A stretch of 64,000 bases of DNA from Podarcis muralis (GCF_964188315.1 NC_135660.1:35836001-35900000), one strand, 5' to 3'. Positions 29,522 through 43,900 are shown, numbered from the stretch's first letter. Numbers and translations are program-made. The notes: generated from the sequence alone by a model not told the origin.

Positions 29522-30799
29522 GGCGCCCCTTCTCAGTCAGCGGCGAAGGGAAGGCGATCGAACGACAACTGCAGCTTCCCGCGCTTTTGGCACAATCACA
29601 GAGTTACAGTCCTCCGGCGCATGTAGAGCGGCTGTGGTGTAACCATGGTGACCAAACCCTCGCGCGATCACAGAAAACACAGCAAAGCGGAACCGTCTGA
29701 AAAAAGCAGAAGTCGACTGCGCGATCAAAGAAGCCGACTGCGCGGTGCTCGACAGGATTGGTCCGTTGGACGCCGCTTTCTTTCTAGGCGTTTTTTGTCC
29801 ATCTCACTGATATTAACCCTTAGCTGTGTTTGAATGTAAGGTATAAAATACCAAAGCAAACGCACTCAAGAGCACAACGCTTTTCTGATGTCGGCGCAAC
29901 AGACTTGACAGTAAACTTGTACCCTTAACGTGGGGGAAATCTCGTTACGGGCATCCGTGTTTTGTAGCTAAATCCCTCGGGGATTCGAGGGCGCGCGCGT
30001 GGGATCCTGACGAGCGTTTCACGCATTCGCCCACCCACGCCCCATGATGCCCTTTTAAAATTTGGAGGTTTGTTTCTTTTAGGGGGGTATTGGGTTGTTT
30101 TTATTTTGAATATATATTGCGTGGTTTTATTTTTTGATTTTGTTCTGTAAACGGCCCTGAGACCTTTTTTAGATATAAAAATAAAATGCCAGGGGAGTTT
30201 TGGAAGGGTGGTTTTAAAACAAAAACAAAAATCTTAAGTGATGGTGCGGGGGGAAATGGAGGTCCATCCATATTGCACGCAGCCTGTTATAAGTGGGGGC
30301 ATTAAACCGTCCTCCTTTTTACGTAATGAACTAAATAAAGCTTTCAGAATTACGTGCAATCATATATTTTTTTCTATTATAAATAAAAGTATGTTTACAT
30401 ATTTATCTGTAAGAATGATCTTTCTTTCCACGTTGACGGTAACCAGAAGCGTCTAGTCCACACTGGAAGCCCCCATTCTCCGCAAGGCTCACCTGGGCCA
30501 TAAGCTACACCGAACACCGTGCCACTTCTCAGAGTAAGCACGCGTAGGATTGCGCTGGTGCGCCATGGTACATAAAACATCTTTCTTCTCTCTACACCCA
30601 TTGAAAAAAGAGCTATTTTATGGGTACAGTAAATAAGGGACATATTGAGGAGGTGCCAACGAAGGGACGCTTAAGGGGCTAAATGCAGAGTGTTTCTGTC
30701 CTTGGGTGGATGCAGAAATCCTGAGAAGATTCAAGCATCCCCCCCCCTTTTATTTTTTACTCTGCTAAAGCTACTTATGCTGTAAAATACAGCTTTCCG

Positions 30800-31620
30800 G
30801 GAGACTTGACACGCGTTTGCTCTGCCACGTCTATACAGCCCGAACCCGCGAGCTCCCGTGCACTTCTATTTATTTGAAGGAAGCTCCGTCGGCTTCGGTG
30901 GCGTTTTCCCTTCCAAACCAGACAAGTGTACGCCTAGAACCGCGTCACGCGAAAACCGCGCGGGAAAGGCGTAGCCGGACCTGCGCGGGAATTACGACGG
31001 GAGAAAGTGGGGGCGGGGAAACGCCGCCGCGGACACAGGAAAACGGCCCATTCCGGCCGATGGCGAACGAACGTTGATGTCGTCTCCCCCGAAACGCCCC
31101 CTCATTCCTATGCAGCGGCGGCGTCCGACTGGCCAATCGGCGCCGGCCTCTCATGACTATGCAATGAGAGCCCCGACCGGCCATTGCGAAGGCGCCCGCG
31201 TGACAGCGCCGAGCGCGGCGGCGGCGGGGCCGGAGGGTGGCCGTTGGCTGGCCGGCTGGCTGGCGCGAGATGGCGGCGGCGGCCTTGTACCTGGAGCACT
31301 ACCTGGACAGTGAGTGAGTGCGGCGTTGGGCAGAAGGAACGGAGAGGGAAACAGGCCCAGGCCAAAGCCGGGCGGGGGCCACGCCGGCAATTGCGGCTGC
31401 GTCACAAAGACCCGGCGAGGGAGGGGGCGGCGGGCGAGGTTTCTTGCTGCGTCATTGCGACGCGTAAAGGAGGGATCTCCGCGCCGGCCTTCTAAGGGTG
31501 CAGCTGCGATCCTTGGCCACTGGGGGCCGCTCCTGCTCTACTGGGCGCTGTCTGTCAGACGAGCAGCAAAAACATCCCCCCCCCACCAATGCTTTTAAGG
31601 CGCGTCGTGTTGCGCATTCT
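30800..31620 (+). promoter_or_regulatory. CpG island / ING5 promoter
   Basis: E2F-like CGCGAAAA near 30947 and GCGGGAAA near 30960; GC box near 31010; CCAAT near 31133. Confidence 0.75.
31270..31309 (+). CDS. ING5: ING5 exon 1
   Basis: [13 protein letters not shown]; donor A|GTGAGT. Confidence 0.96.
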
Positions 31621-34600
31621 CTAGGATTGCCACCTAAAAATAAATAAAAATGTCAGGGTTCCTCTTCTTTCCCCACCCTTGTGACCAGTAGAAATTCAGC
31701 AAGTCAGGTGGCGAGGAAAGCGCCATTATTTGTAGAACGGCTGTTGAATTCAACATAGGAAACCAAGGCAGGGCATAATACTAATACTATTAATAATAGT
31801 CGCTTTAATATTCCCATGTATTCAGCCCCGTGCATCAGTACTTCGTTAGCAAAGCTGCAGACTTCTCAACTTAAAAGACACATGGTTATTTCATTCTTAA
31901 AATCTGTATTCTGTTTTATTGTCAAAACCTCTAATCCGTTTATGTAGAGCATAATATACACATTAAAGTTATGAATAAAAGACAATAAAAACAAGCTGAC
32001 CTAAAGAAAACACAAGCTTTCATAAAATTTACCTGCCCCGTAGCTTGTGGGAGCACCCAGCTCAATATGCCATATACAACAGGGAGCAGATAAAGAGGAA
32101 GGTGGTAGGGTAAGGTAATTATGGGAAATAGGGTACTTGGCGAGGTTTATGAATGCTTTTTGTTATGTGTAGTTGGTTTGTGAACTTTTATATTAAGAAA
32201 GTTATGGTAGAGAGGGGACTGCAGCATTTCTGTTTTTGTATTTCAGGCATTGAAAACCTCCCTTGTGAGTTGCAAAGGAACTTCCAACTTATGCGTGAGC
32301 TGGATCAGAGAACAGAAGGTATGTTCAGGTATTCTGGTTCACAGATCTTCTTGTGTGCTCATCTCATATTAGATTTGCACACATCTGAGATTCACTTGTC
32401 AAGTGCAACATGAAGATGGGGGTGTGTGTGTCATAGTGTGGCCAACAACTGATTCCATTGTTTCATGTGCACCACTTCTAGCAAAGCTTGTAGGAGCAGA
32501 ATTATATAATGCTGTATTTACATTTGAGTTTGACAAAGGCGTGTGAAGGACTGTAGATGTGTATGAATTGATCTTGCAAGCACAGTCTTACTACTTTTTA
32601 GTCAGTTGTGCCTTACTTTGGTTGGAGAACATGCCTGCTCATTTGAACTTTTAGAAGCACAACTCAAGAATTCAGCTGGCACATGTGCTTTGGTTTAGTT
32701 GCAAGTATTTTAAAATGAGAGAACAAAGGACCAATTAAGTGGTCAGATGAGAAAGAGGACAAGACTCCTTCACTTTTAACAGTCGTGTGGCTGAGGGAAT
32801 GTCTGCAGGTGTAGCTTGCATAACAAGCTATGTCTCCTAAAAACCCTTTTTTTACACAGCCACTGAATGTGCAGAAGCCCTGTACCGTATCCCCCCGGAC
32901 TACCCCAGAGAGACATTTCTTTCATGGTTTCTAAACATGTTTCCAATTGTGAAACATATAGTTTGATCCTAAATCAACTTACTTACAAATAATCCCACTG
33001 ACTTCAATGGGATTTCCCCCCAAGTAAATGAGCTTTGGGTTGCAGCCTCACAGCTCAGTCTTACTCAAAATTAAGCCCCACAGAGCTCAGTGAGGCTTAC
33101 TTCTCAGGTAAGTGAGTATAGGGCTGCAACCTCAGTCTCACGCACATACTGTCTCCCATTGCTCTTCAGACAAGAAAGCAGAAATCGACAGTCTTGCTGC
33201 TCAGTACATTTCAACAGTGAGGAGTTTGTCATCAGAGCAACGGGTGGAAATCCTGCAGAAGATTCAGAATGCTTATGCAAGATGCAAAGAGTACAGTGAT
33301 GACAAAGTGCAGCTGGCCATGCAGACCTATGAGATGGTAAGGTTAGATTAAGGTAGACAGAGGACTTGTGTTTCAAAATGAAAAATCCACCCTCTGTATT
33401 TCTTACCTCTCCCATAGCTACCTTTGAAGCTTGTATTACAGGTACTAGTCTTTCTGCGTAATTAGTAGCTGTTGACTGACACAGACATGAGGATCCATGA
33501 TCCCGGGTTCAGTTAGAGATAAAGAAGATAACAGGCAGGCTTGCATCATACATTCTCTACTTCAAAAAGAATCCTGATGTGGACTGGGATTGTGTACAAG
33601 GTTGTGACCTCCCCCTGTTTAATCTATTACAGTCTGGGAGCAATGGGGCAAAGACCTGAGGCTAAAGTTATGGTGCTGGCAAGCAAGTAGATTTGTCAAC
33701 AGTGCGTTTATCAAAATTCTTTCTGTGGCTACATGTTCTTATTCACTGGACTATTACAGAGAGAAAGTTGTTTTCTGAGGCAGTGCAGGAATCTTCACTG
33801 CTTTGAGAATCCAGGCTATGGGGTTTATAGTGAGGGTCAATACAACTAGACTTGCAAGGATTCATGGCTCTCTGTTGTGGGAAGGGTTTGGGGTGGTCAA
33901 GGATCTGCCACATTTCCTTAATCTGTACATATGTGAATGACTATGGGTATTTCCAGACAACTTGTCCATTGAGCATTCACCCCGATTTGTCAGCACAAGT
34001 TTATGGGGAGCTTAGATGTTGGCTACTTAATGAACATTCCTTCTGATTTGTTTGTGAGGTTAGATGACATTGAGTCAAAGCAAGTGTTGTCCCAGTTCAT
34101 TTTCATTTCACTTTCCTTAATCACCAAAAATCTGAGCTTTGGGGGAAGCAGGTTTCTTTCACAAGACCTCCCAATCAACTATATTTTGCAACCTGAATTT
34201 GCTGGTCTGTGATTGAATTCCACCTGAAAACAGGAACTGTCGGGACGAGTCTCAAGACTACAGGGGGACTGTGGTTTGTATTGACCACCTTCCTATGGTA
34301 GCTGGTTTTTCTGCTTCCTTCCTCCCTCTGTTCCCTAAATGGTCTGTGATTTGCATTTGTGTGGTACCCACAAACACCCAGAAAAGCTAAGTGAGCGACT
34401 GTGGTTAATGCACACACCAATCACAGGTCAGATGAGAGAGGTGTATTGAGGTGCATTGAAGTGATAAATACCAGAAAAGGAAGATAGCAAGTTGATTCCG
34501 ATGATTTCTAGAGATATTATTGGATTTTGTTTTCTTTAGCTGTGTGGTCTCTCTTTCTGATGTAGGTAGATAAGCACATTCGACGGCTGGATGCTGACCT

Positions 34601-37600
34601 GGCACGATTTGAAGCTGATCTGAAGGATAAGTTGGAAGGCAGTGACTTTGAAAACCCTGCAACGCAAAACCTAAAAAGTGTGTACTTTATGAATAATGTC
34701 ATCTCACTCTGAGGAAATCCTTCTATATACTTTTTAATTTGTTATTATTATCATCTATTAGACTTACAAAACTTTTAAAACATAAATACTAATACATTAT
34801 ACCATAAAAAACAGAACAAAACAACCTCCTTAACAGCTACAGGAAGCTTTGGCAGCACACTAGTACCAAAGCAAACATCTTATGTGAGTCTATCGAAAGC
34901 CTGGGGGGTGGGGAATATAAGTCATTACCTGGTGCCAGAAAGATATCAACAAAGGCACCAGGCAGACCTTTCTTTCCTAGTAAAAGCTGTTTCTCATACA
35001 CCATGAGAGTCTTATATAAAAAGCATACATGCCTGCTATGAGTAACAAAGGGAGAAATCAGTGAGGAGAGACATTTAGTTGGACAGAATTGAGCCATAGT
35101 TTTTCTTCAATATGGTTTCCATAATTTTGGCATAAAGCAGGCAAAATTATGTTGATTAAGTTAAGATTAGGAAGAATCCTCCTACCTCAAACCACAACTC
35201 CACCTGGTCCAGTTTTGCTTTATAACCTGTGTAAATTCTTCCACAAGGTACTGTGCATTGACAGTGGCTTCCAGAGTTCTTACTCATACAGAAAATAAAG
35301 TAGTACCAAGTTTCTCCAAACCCATTTTCTAATCCTTTAGCTTCTCTTAGTAAGTTTTTTTTGATAAAGCAGTTTGCCTGTGGATTGCATTTTGTTCCTC
35401 TGAAATTATATATTTGTTATAAGATCATATATAGAACAAAAATTCTATTAAAATAAGAGTCTGGTGCACAATGTTAACAGGGTAAAACTGTAGTAGTATT
35501 TTTTTTAAATGATTATACATATAAACAGCTTAGGGTGATTTGAAGGTATGTGTATATGAGCTATTTTCATTTGAAGTATTGTCAGAAGCAAATTTATCAA
35601 ACATTAGTTTATTAGGTACAATCTTCAATGTATTTTACAAGGAGTAAACCTCATTTGACTTGGTGGGTCTTACTTCTAAGTAAACCTGTATAGGATTTTA
35701 CTGTTTGACACTTTCTGAATGTACAAGTAGAATACATTGTTATTTATCTTAATGCCCCAGCTTACAGCCAAGTTACTTGAACAATCGTACAAAAAGATAC
35801 ATAAGATTGTTGTCCAACAGGTAACATCTTAGTGATTTTGGTTAGCTACAAATTTTACAAATGTCAGGTTCAGATAATAGGGGAAGTTGTGCTGGATAAA
35901 GTTGTAGGATTTTTTCAATGTATAGCTACATCAGAGGTTGCATTGGCAAATGGTTTCTGAACAAGGATCACTTTCCAATTTATATAAAGTCTGGAAGAAT
36001 AGATGAGAGAAAAAAGAAAAATTAATCATTTTTGAATCATTATGGTGCTTCAGAATAATTGAAATGGTACCTCGGGTTACAAACACCTTGGGTTACAAAC
36101 ACTTTGGGTTACAGACTCCGCTAACACGGAAGTAGTACCTCAGGTTAAGAACTTTACCTCAGGATGAGAACAGAAATCACGTGGCAGCAGTGTGAGGCCC
36201 CATTAGCTAAAGTGGTACCTCAGGTTAAGAACGGTTTCAGGTTAAGAACGGACCTCCAGAATCAATTAAGTTCATAACCAGAGGTACCACTGTATAGTAT
36301 AAAACCTCTGGATTTTCTTCTTATGGTGTAGTTAACCAGAAATAACTGTCTTTCAGAGGGGCGAACTCCAAAGGATAAAAAAAGCTCTCGGGGTCGGGGC
36401 CGGCGAACATCCGAAGAAGATGTCCCAGTAAAAAAGAAACCAAAACGAAGGTAAGTGACTGCCGTCTGCAGTTAGCTTGTTCAGAGCAGCTTCCATTTGA
36501 AAAAAAAATTCTGCCAATGTGCCATAGTAACCAGATTTTTTGACATGCTTAGTTTCACATGCTTTATACTTTCTCCACTTTTGCTGTCTTGGTACTCTTC
36601 AAACTAACCGACCTCCCAAATAGTTCTAGTTAGTTTCAAACTGGAGATTTATTTATTTTTACCAAGAATCGCTGGCATTTACTCAATATTTGTTCATGTT
36701 GCTCCCATTGCAGGTCTGAATTAGCTGATACCATCCTGTCGGTTCATCCTTCAGATGTCCTAGATATGCCGGTGGATCCCAACGAACCAACGTATTGTTT
36801 GTGTCACCAAGTATCCTATGGAGAAATGATCGGCTGCGACAATCCTGATGTAAGTACTGAGATAACCCAATGTGGCCATACACACGCTTCCCTCCTCAAA
36901 TTCTGCGTGAAGGTGCTTCCTTTAGAAAGAACGGAACTATGCAAGGGGAAAGGACCCCATCCAAGTGACCAATAGAAGCTGCTTCCAGACTTCCCCTAGT
37001 TTCTGAGCACAAATTTGAAAGCGCTTTTCTACAGCAAAAAATCGTAGCTTATATATTTTAAATGAAAAGGTGGATCTGGATCTTAGGACTCACTGGATTT
37101 GATACTTCACTCCATATTTGAAGTTGTTTGTGCACCTTTCATACATATACAACCCTGAGGTCACGTCTACACCCCAAGCTAACTTGCTTCTATTTTCCCA
37201 CCCTGGAATCTTCGGATGAAGGGCATTATACAAATGTTAATAGTAATAATGATAATCGTTTACATCATGCTTTACGGGCCATTTGCAGTGAGTAGTGCAT
37301 CCTGTGTCTGCAAAATTTGGGCACTTCACAAGCAACAAAGGGCTCATGAAGTTTCCTATGTGATGTGCAGTATATGCCCCTTCGATTGTGACATGCCAGG
37401 CACCAACCAGGCTCCCATTTCTGTTAAATCTGATAAGATAAATTAATGTTATCAAGCTCTCTAAGAAAAAACATCTTTTTATTCTTCCCCAAAATATAGT
37501 GCCCAATCGAATGGTTCCATTTTGCTTGTGTGGACCTCACCACGAAACCCAAAGGGAAATGGTAGGTGTCATGAATAATAACTTTCTACACTTGTGTTTT

Positions 37601-37987
37601 CTTCACTTAATTTTCTTCATTGATACTTTCTTCACTTTACCATAACAAAAGCACAAAGGTCCTTGACCGAAGGCTCACAATCTAAAAGAGACAGCAAGGT
37701 GATATAAAGGGGTGGGGCAGCCTTTGCCAACCTTGTGTCTTCCAAATGTTTTGGACCACAGTTCCCAAAAGCCACAGCAGCATGGCTATGCTGGCTGCAG
37801 CTGATCGGAGGTGCTGTTCAAAACATGGTAAAGACTAGAATCAGGAAGTTAAATGTATAATTCTTGAGTTTTATTTTTCCCCAAATGTGACGTATTCCCA
37901 AAGTAATGCATTGAACTGAACACAGTGATTCTTTTTTTAACCCTTAGGTTTTGTCCTCGCTGTGCTCAGGAGAAGAAAAAGAAGTAG
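31270..37987 (+). CDS. ING5: Inhibitor of growth protein 5, spliced CDS join(31270-31309,32247-32318,33170-33336,34566-34677,36357-36450,36714-36849,37500-37561,37948-37987); 723 nt, 240 aa
   Basis: ING N-terminal [20 protein letters not shown]; basic NLS region; PHD finger [50 protein letters not shown] diagnostic of ING5. Confidence 0.98.
32247..32318 (+). CDS. ING5: ING5 exon 2
   Basis: [24 protein letters not shown]. Confidence 0.97.
33170..33336 (+). CDS. ING5: ING5 exon 3
   Basis: [16 protein letters not shown]...[17 protein letters not shown]. Confidence 0.97.
34566..34677 (+). CDS. ING5: ING5 exon 4
   Basis: [37 protein letters not shown]; donor GTGTGT required by frame. Confidence 0.93.
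36063..36292. mobile_element. Tc1/mariner (Tigger-like) MITE, GGTTAAGAAC family
   Basis: Right end GAGGTACCACTG+TA; left end decayed; inverse homologue of 59697-59928. Confidence 0.8.
36357..36450 (+). CDS. ING5: ING5 exon 5
   Basis: [31 protein letters not shown]. Confidence 0.95.
36714..36849 (+). CDS. ING5: ING5 exon 6
   Basis: [46 protein letters not shown]. Confidence 0.97.
37500..37561 (+). CDS. ING5: ING5 exon 7
   Basis: [20 protein letters not shown]. Confidence 0.97.
37948..37987 (+). CDS. ING5: ING5 exon 8 (to stop)
   Basis: [13 protein letters not shown]. Confidence 0.96.
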
Positions 37988-40900
37988 AATGGGAATGTAC
38001 AGTCCGAAAGAAGAAAAAGTTTAATATATTCGTACATGTTGCAATATTTTATTCTATCTTTTTTGTCACTTACCTATCTTGTTTGGTTTGATATTTAGCA
38101 GTGGCCAGTCATTTTTCTTAACGTTGGGGGGGGGGAGCTATCCTAATGAGAAAAGGAGGATGTGGAGGAGGTTTACTGTGGTGATGGTCACCTGGGTTTC
38201 ACACTTCTGTGGCACTGCAATCAATGTTATGAAGTACTAAGAGTAGCCCTGCACTGGAATTTCTGCTCACGTACTAAAAGTCTGTGAAATTGCCTATATG
38301 GCCTTCCAGGTGAACGATGATTTTTTGTTTTGTTTTGTTTTGTTATCAACAGGGTAGTCACTCTGCTCCGCACAATATTTATGAAGGATTTAAAATCTTT
38401 AACTGCATCTTTACAGAACCTTATAACTACTGTCAAGGGAGGAATGTGCTGTTCTGTTCCTCAGTTGCAGCAAGCAAAGAATTGTTTCTTACAAAGGCAG
38501 ATGAAAAGTAATGGGTATTATTTTGGTAAGGTGTGATCCACAAGTAAATTTCAAGAGTAGTACACCTGTTCCAGTTGCTTCTGAATTGTACACTACTGCC
38601 TCTGCGCTTCATACGAGTCCCTCTGAAGTCATCTATCCTATCCTGATGGTAAGCAATGAATGCTTAAATTGAGGCACAAAATGTCTAGGAGACATCAGTA
38701 TAGTTTGATTCACTCATGAAACGAAAATAAGGCTTATTTTTCATTGGCTAAGCTATTAGATGTTAGACATGAACAATCAGGAAAACCAGATGTAAAAAGA
38801 AAAACTTTTTTTTTTAAAGGAAAGATTCCTAGGACTGCAAAGCACTAAAAGCAATTTGGTGTAATTTTATACTGAACTTTTATCTGGTTTGAGATGTCTG
38901 TTCTCTGTAAGCACCGAGATGCCGTCCAGTATAAAATGTGAATGTGGGTGCCCCTTAAAGCAGCTTTGAGTTGGAAGACGGACAATATTTTCCCCCAGGA
39001 AGCTGGTAGGGCCATCGTTGCCTGTGATGCACACAATATCATCACTATCCTCTCTGATAATGCAGGCAGTTTGGATCCAGAGTGTCCCTTTCATGAGCCC
39101 ACCCAGGGGTGGCTGTGGGTAGGATTTCTGCATTGCAGGTGGTTGTAGTAGTAAGCCCTCGAGGTCCCTTCCAGCTCTGCAGTTCAATGAATGAAAGGGC
39201 TTCTTCCTATTGCAGAAGGGATTGAGATCCAGTGGAGGCTCACACCGGAGGAAGGCAGATTTCGTTTATTCCCTCTACATCTCCCCATGCCACCTCCCAC
39301 ACTGTTAAGGAGGGTCACCCAACTTCTTGGCATGGTTTTGCAGGGGGGGAAGGAAGAACCATGAAAATCACCTCTCCCTCCTTTGTTAGCATCCCCTGGG
39401 CAGAACTCCATTCACGGGAACTGGATCCATGCCAGGGTTTGCAGGCTTTATAAGTAACATCAAAAACATGCAAATGTTGTTTGACCAAAGACAATATATA
39501 GGGAGATAAAAATTATACATCACGGATCATGTTGACTCTGTCATACCAATATTTGTTAAAGACGATCATCTGTCTCCAGCTTTTCATTTCTCAGCTAAAA
39601 GCTGGAAAAAGCAGGTCAAGAAGGATGGATAAATAATATTATGTACAATGGCTAGTTTGTCTCAGCTGTGCTTGCATTGTGAGATAATGTTGATTATTTG
39701 CATATGGTGATTAAAAAGCAGCCAGAATATAGCACGCACGGCTGTTATCCGTTCCAGTGGTGTGGAGTTTGTTAAGGATTCAGGTATACCCCAAAATCAC
39801 AGTGATGAGTTATTCTTCCTTCTTGAACAACTTGCACCACGTGATACCTGCAATTTTGCAGTAATCTCGCTTCCCTTCTGGAAGGTAAAGGAGAAAACTA
39901 TCACAACAACCAAAATGTGGAGTTAACAGGTGTAGCTTTAAACTGAGAAAAGGTATATTTGTTTTTTTCTGAAAGGACATGGTTTGGGGTTTTTTGTTAA
40001 GAAAGAACGCAAGTCCTAAGTTCTTATTTCACATGGCATTGATTTTGCATGGTTTTGTAGGCAATTCAGTGAAAGCATTCTTTATTTGTATCACTTTACT
40101 TTCTATAGCTACATCTAGTTTTCAGTGATCACATGCACATTTGCATTGGCCACATAAGAGTGAACTAATTTTGGAGGTTTGGTTGTCATAACTTGCTTTC
40201 AGAATGTTTTGTCTCTACATAATGTTCTGCTGTTATCAGGCTTAAGTACTTACTGGAGTAAGTTGTCACTCTGAGAGTTACCCCCTATATATCATGCACA
40301 CAACTATGGAACTTAATGCAGACAATGAGGACATTAGACCATTTAAGTCTTCCATAACCTCGTGCCCTCCAGATGTTTTTAACTACAGTTGCCTTAGCCA
40401 GTGTAGCCAATGGTAAGGGATTATCAGAGTTGCAGTCCAACTTCTGGAGGGCACTAGGCTGGGGATGGTTGTCCTATGAGACAGCATTTTCATATAAAGT
40501 TTGGGGTGCACTAAATTAGCTTTTCCCAACATGAAGCCCTTGAGATGTTTTTGACTATAATTCCCTTTAGTCTTTGCCAGCATGGCTGTCCAAAACATCT
40601 GGAATGCTCCAAGTTGGGGAAACTGTTTCTCTTTTAATGCAAAGCAATCTTCCACAAGATGTGATCCACCAAGCTGTATGTGGCTCCAGCAGTGTTGTTA
40701 TGGTTATCGAGATGCTTGACAGTTCCTTGGCTTTTGCAGTCGTGACTACAAAATAGGAAATGAACCTGATGGCAACAACACATAGTGGATTGTAGATGGA
40801 TTTTTGGGGGGGTCACAGCTTTTGCATTGTGCATTTAGATTTTAGTAGGAAGTCTTATAAGACCTCATGAATCAGTAGTTCAGTTATCAATAATGGACAT

Positions 40901-41710
40901 GTGTTTTAACTTCCCATAAAGTCATGTTAGCTTCTACTATAATAGCAATGACTTTCATGATCTATTTCCCCTTTTTTCCACTTACGTTGTATCTTAGATA
41001 ATGGAAAATTAGTGCTATAGGTTGGCATACATCTTGAAAGTCCTTAAAATGTGTTTGGGGGTAGGAAGTTAGTGCTGCCATGTAGGTATTGAAGCAACCT
41101 GAACCTGTTACTTTACCATAAACTAGAACCAAGATCATGTTTCCGTCCCAAGGAATTGGATGTTTTGTTTCTTTTGAGGCAGTACTCCAGACAGGAGTGA
41201 AGATGTGGCGGCGGCGGCGGCAATATTTCACAGCACGGTTTCTGGTGCTGTATAGTGTTGAACTGTACACTACAGATGTCATATGTTGCTGTCTTGACTA
41301 TAAACTGATTGTCAACCAGATCATGTTGTTTCAAGTTTTTTATATCCATGCTGATAATGAACATTGGGCATTCTGGTCTGTGAAGAATGTATTCTCCTGA
41401 ATTTTGAATGTATCCTGTTTAATAATAATTACCTTTGTCAGGATTTAGAGCACAGGAAAAAACTGAAGATAATCTTCCCCTCCTTTTTTTTTTTTAAAAA
41501 AAGAAATCTACATATTTTGTGGTTGTCGCCTTTTTTCATAGTTTATCTCCCAAGTAATCAAACGACACAGCCTATACTTTCTTGTCAAAGGAATTAGATT
41601 TATGTTTTCTTTGTAAATGAAAGAGAATATTAGAAATCTTTTTATTAAAATGTGAAAATGTTTATCTGTATTTTTGATCATGTTATAGATATAATAGGTA
41701 TATTGTTACA

Positions 41711-41716
41711 AATAAA
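41711..41716 (+). terminator. Candidate distal ING5 polyadenylation signal
   Basis: AATAAA at the end of an AT-rich block (about 41460-41750), followed by GT/T-rich sequence. Confidence 0.5.
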
Positions 41717-41816
41717 GTATTTTTGAGAACAAACAACTGTATGTTTTGTTTGCTTCTGAGGTATAGTGTGCAAATGGCAAGTTCATGCTACCAACAAAAT
41801 GTATGTACGGTACGTA

Positions 41817-42169
41817 TAAAGGGTAAAGGGACCCCTGACCATTAGGTCCAGTCGTGGCCGACTCTGGGGTTCCGGCGCTAATCTCGCTTTATTGGCCGAG
41901 GGAGCCGGTGTACAGCTTCCGGGTCATGTGGCCAGCATGACTAAGCCGCTTCTGGAGAACCAGAGCAGCACACGGAAACGCCGTTTACCTTCCCACCGGA
42001 GAGGTACCTATTTATCTACTTGCACTTTGACGTGCTTTTGAACTGGTAGGTTGGCAGGAGCAGGGACCGAGCAACGGGAGCTCACCCCGTCACGGGGATT
42101 CAAACCGCCGACCTTCTGATCGGCAAGTCCTAGGCTCTGTGGTTTAACCCACAGCGCCACCCGCATCCC
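41817..42169 (-). mobile_element. Full-length Sauria SINE
   Basis: Reverse complement of the copy at 27272-27621. Confidence 0.93.
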
Positions 42170-42750
42170 TATGTACATATACTTCTAGCATTTAATTGGG
42201 TCTTGTGGAAAACGCTGGTTACTTGCATGTATAAAGGTGGACAAGAAAATCTTGGATCCTGTGAATTGTCAAACCTAGCTAAATGCACTAAGGTGACATG
42301 TAGAAATTTGAGAGAACACTGAAGTGTCATTTGGTTGATCTATTCTGAAACCAGAAAAAGTACTACGTTGGAAATAAATTCCAAAACCCACTCTTGGACA
42401 ATACCTTTATCAAGAATAATCAATGTTACAAAATCATTAACAGAACTCTAATGAGGGTGGATGTTAAGCAAAAGGGAAGGGAAAGAAACTTGATGAAACA
42501 ACAAAAAAGCATCCTTTGCTTTGATCTTAAGTTTATTAATTACAGCAACCATGAGTACCAAACTGCAAAACCTAGCACGCTATCACTGTTCATCCTAGAG
42601 TGATATACAAATCTGGATCTTTATCGGTGAAAAAGTGCTGGATGCGATTCTCAGATCTAGATTGCAGCACCTGGTACAAAGTTTCTACACTAGTTTGGAA
42701 ACGGTGCTGATAACAACCTAAATCTCTTCCCTGTTCCTCTGCAGACAAAT

Positions 42751-42845
42751 GGCTTCCCTCGGCCAGTAAAGTGAGATGAGTTCCGCAACCCCCGAGTCGT
42801 TTGCGACTGGACTTAACAGTCAGGGGTCCTTTACCTTTACCTTTA
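42751..42845 (+). mobile_element. 5'-truncated Sauria SINE
   Basis: 3' about 95 bp ending CCTTTACCTTTACCTTTA. Confidence 0.85.
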
Positions 42846-43579
42846 GGCTTGGCTGTCTACGTGCATGGCCTATTGGTACTTAATAGGCATAAGAGAACCA
42901 ACAAATTAGATGGCAAAGGCAAATGCAAAAAGGAACTCTTACAGCTCTGCATGGGAAAGACAAGTTGCTCTTTGGGTACAGTTCAATATGTGAGGGTGTG
43001 GACTACAGTTTAATTCAGTGGCTGCTGCTTTCTATATTTTTGAAAAGCTACATTTCAGCTGTGCATGTCTAAACACGCAGACAAGAAATGCATTTATTAG
43101 CACAGATCAAGGACCCATTCCAGCCAGGCAGAAGCACTCGAGGAGGGTGTGGGTGAGAGAGATGTCTTGACAGAGGGGGCAGAGCCTGGGAAGCGTTTGG
43201 AGGGCCAGAAAGAGATGTCTGGTGGGCCATATTCAGCACTTGGGCCCAAGGCTCCCTAGGCCTGGTGCAAGCGCTCAGCGCTGGTCCTGACAATGGTAGC
43301 CTGGTGGGAGGAAATGTGCATATCCGGTTCGAGGCAAGTATTTTCAATCAGTAATGTGGATAATATGAAAAGGGTAATAATAGGGCTTATTACCATCAGG
43401 CAGCATATAAAACTTGTGAAATAAAGATAAATCCTTTCTGCATCTCTTTTTGCCTCAGCTTACAATAAAAAAAAGACCCCACACAAAACGGCAAATTAAA
43501 ATGCATCCAAAGTATTATTAACTAAAAAGGGCTCAGAAATGGAGCTAATATGACAAGATATGCGAAAAGGCAGGCAGAC

Positions 43580-43900
43580 AGACTTGACGCGCCCGCGCGT
43601 GCGCACAAACGCCGAGCGCAAGCCTTCCCTCCGCCCCGCTCCTCGCCTGCCTTCTGGCTCCGCCCACAGGGCGCCCCTCTTCTCTGTTTGGTCCGGAAAA
43701 GAGCACGAGGGGGAGGAGCGAGCGGAGCTGTGAGCGGAGCTGTCTACCGAGAAGTGCGCGAGATCCCGTGGGCCCCGTTCAAGGTGAGCGCAGAAAGGGC
43801 GACTGCAAGGACGGTGGTTTCTGGGCTTGGCAACGTCTTTGGCTGCAGCCGGTTTCTAGAGAGCTGCCTGCTCTCCGGAGCCTAGCGGTGCCTGGGTCTG
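43580..43900 (+). promoter_or_regulatory. D2HGDH CpG promoter with probable non-coding exon 1 ending at 43783
   Basis: NRF1-type GCGCGTGCGCA 43595-43605; AAG|GTGAGC donor after 43783; 12-bp tandem duplication GAGCGGAGCTGT at 43720-43743; matching acceptor at 45019. Confidence 0.7.

Noticed and set aside
33101-33169. Consensus donor CAG|GTAAGT at 33108 upstream of ING5 exon 3
   Set aside because: Part of a hairpin repeat; its use would leave a 62-nt intron, below the usual vertebrate minimum
34678-34683. Weak GTGTGT donor of ING5 exon 4 as a sign of a broken gene
   Set aside because: Still a canonical GT; exon length and phase fit exon 5 and give the expected 240 aa
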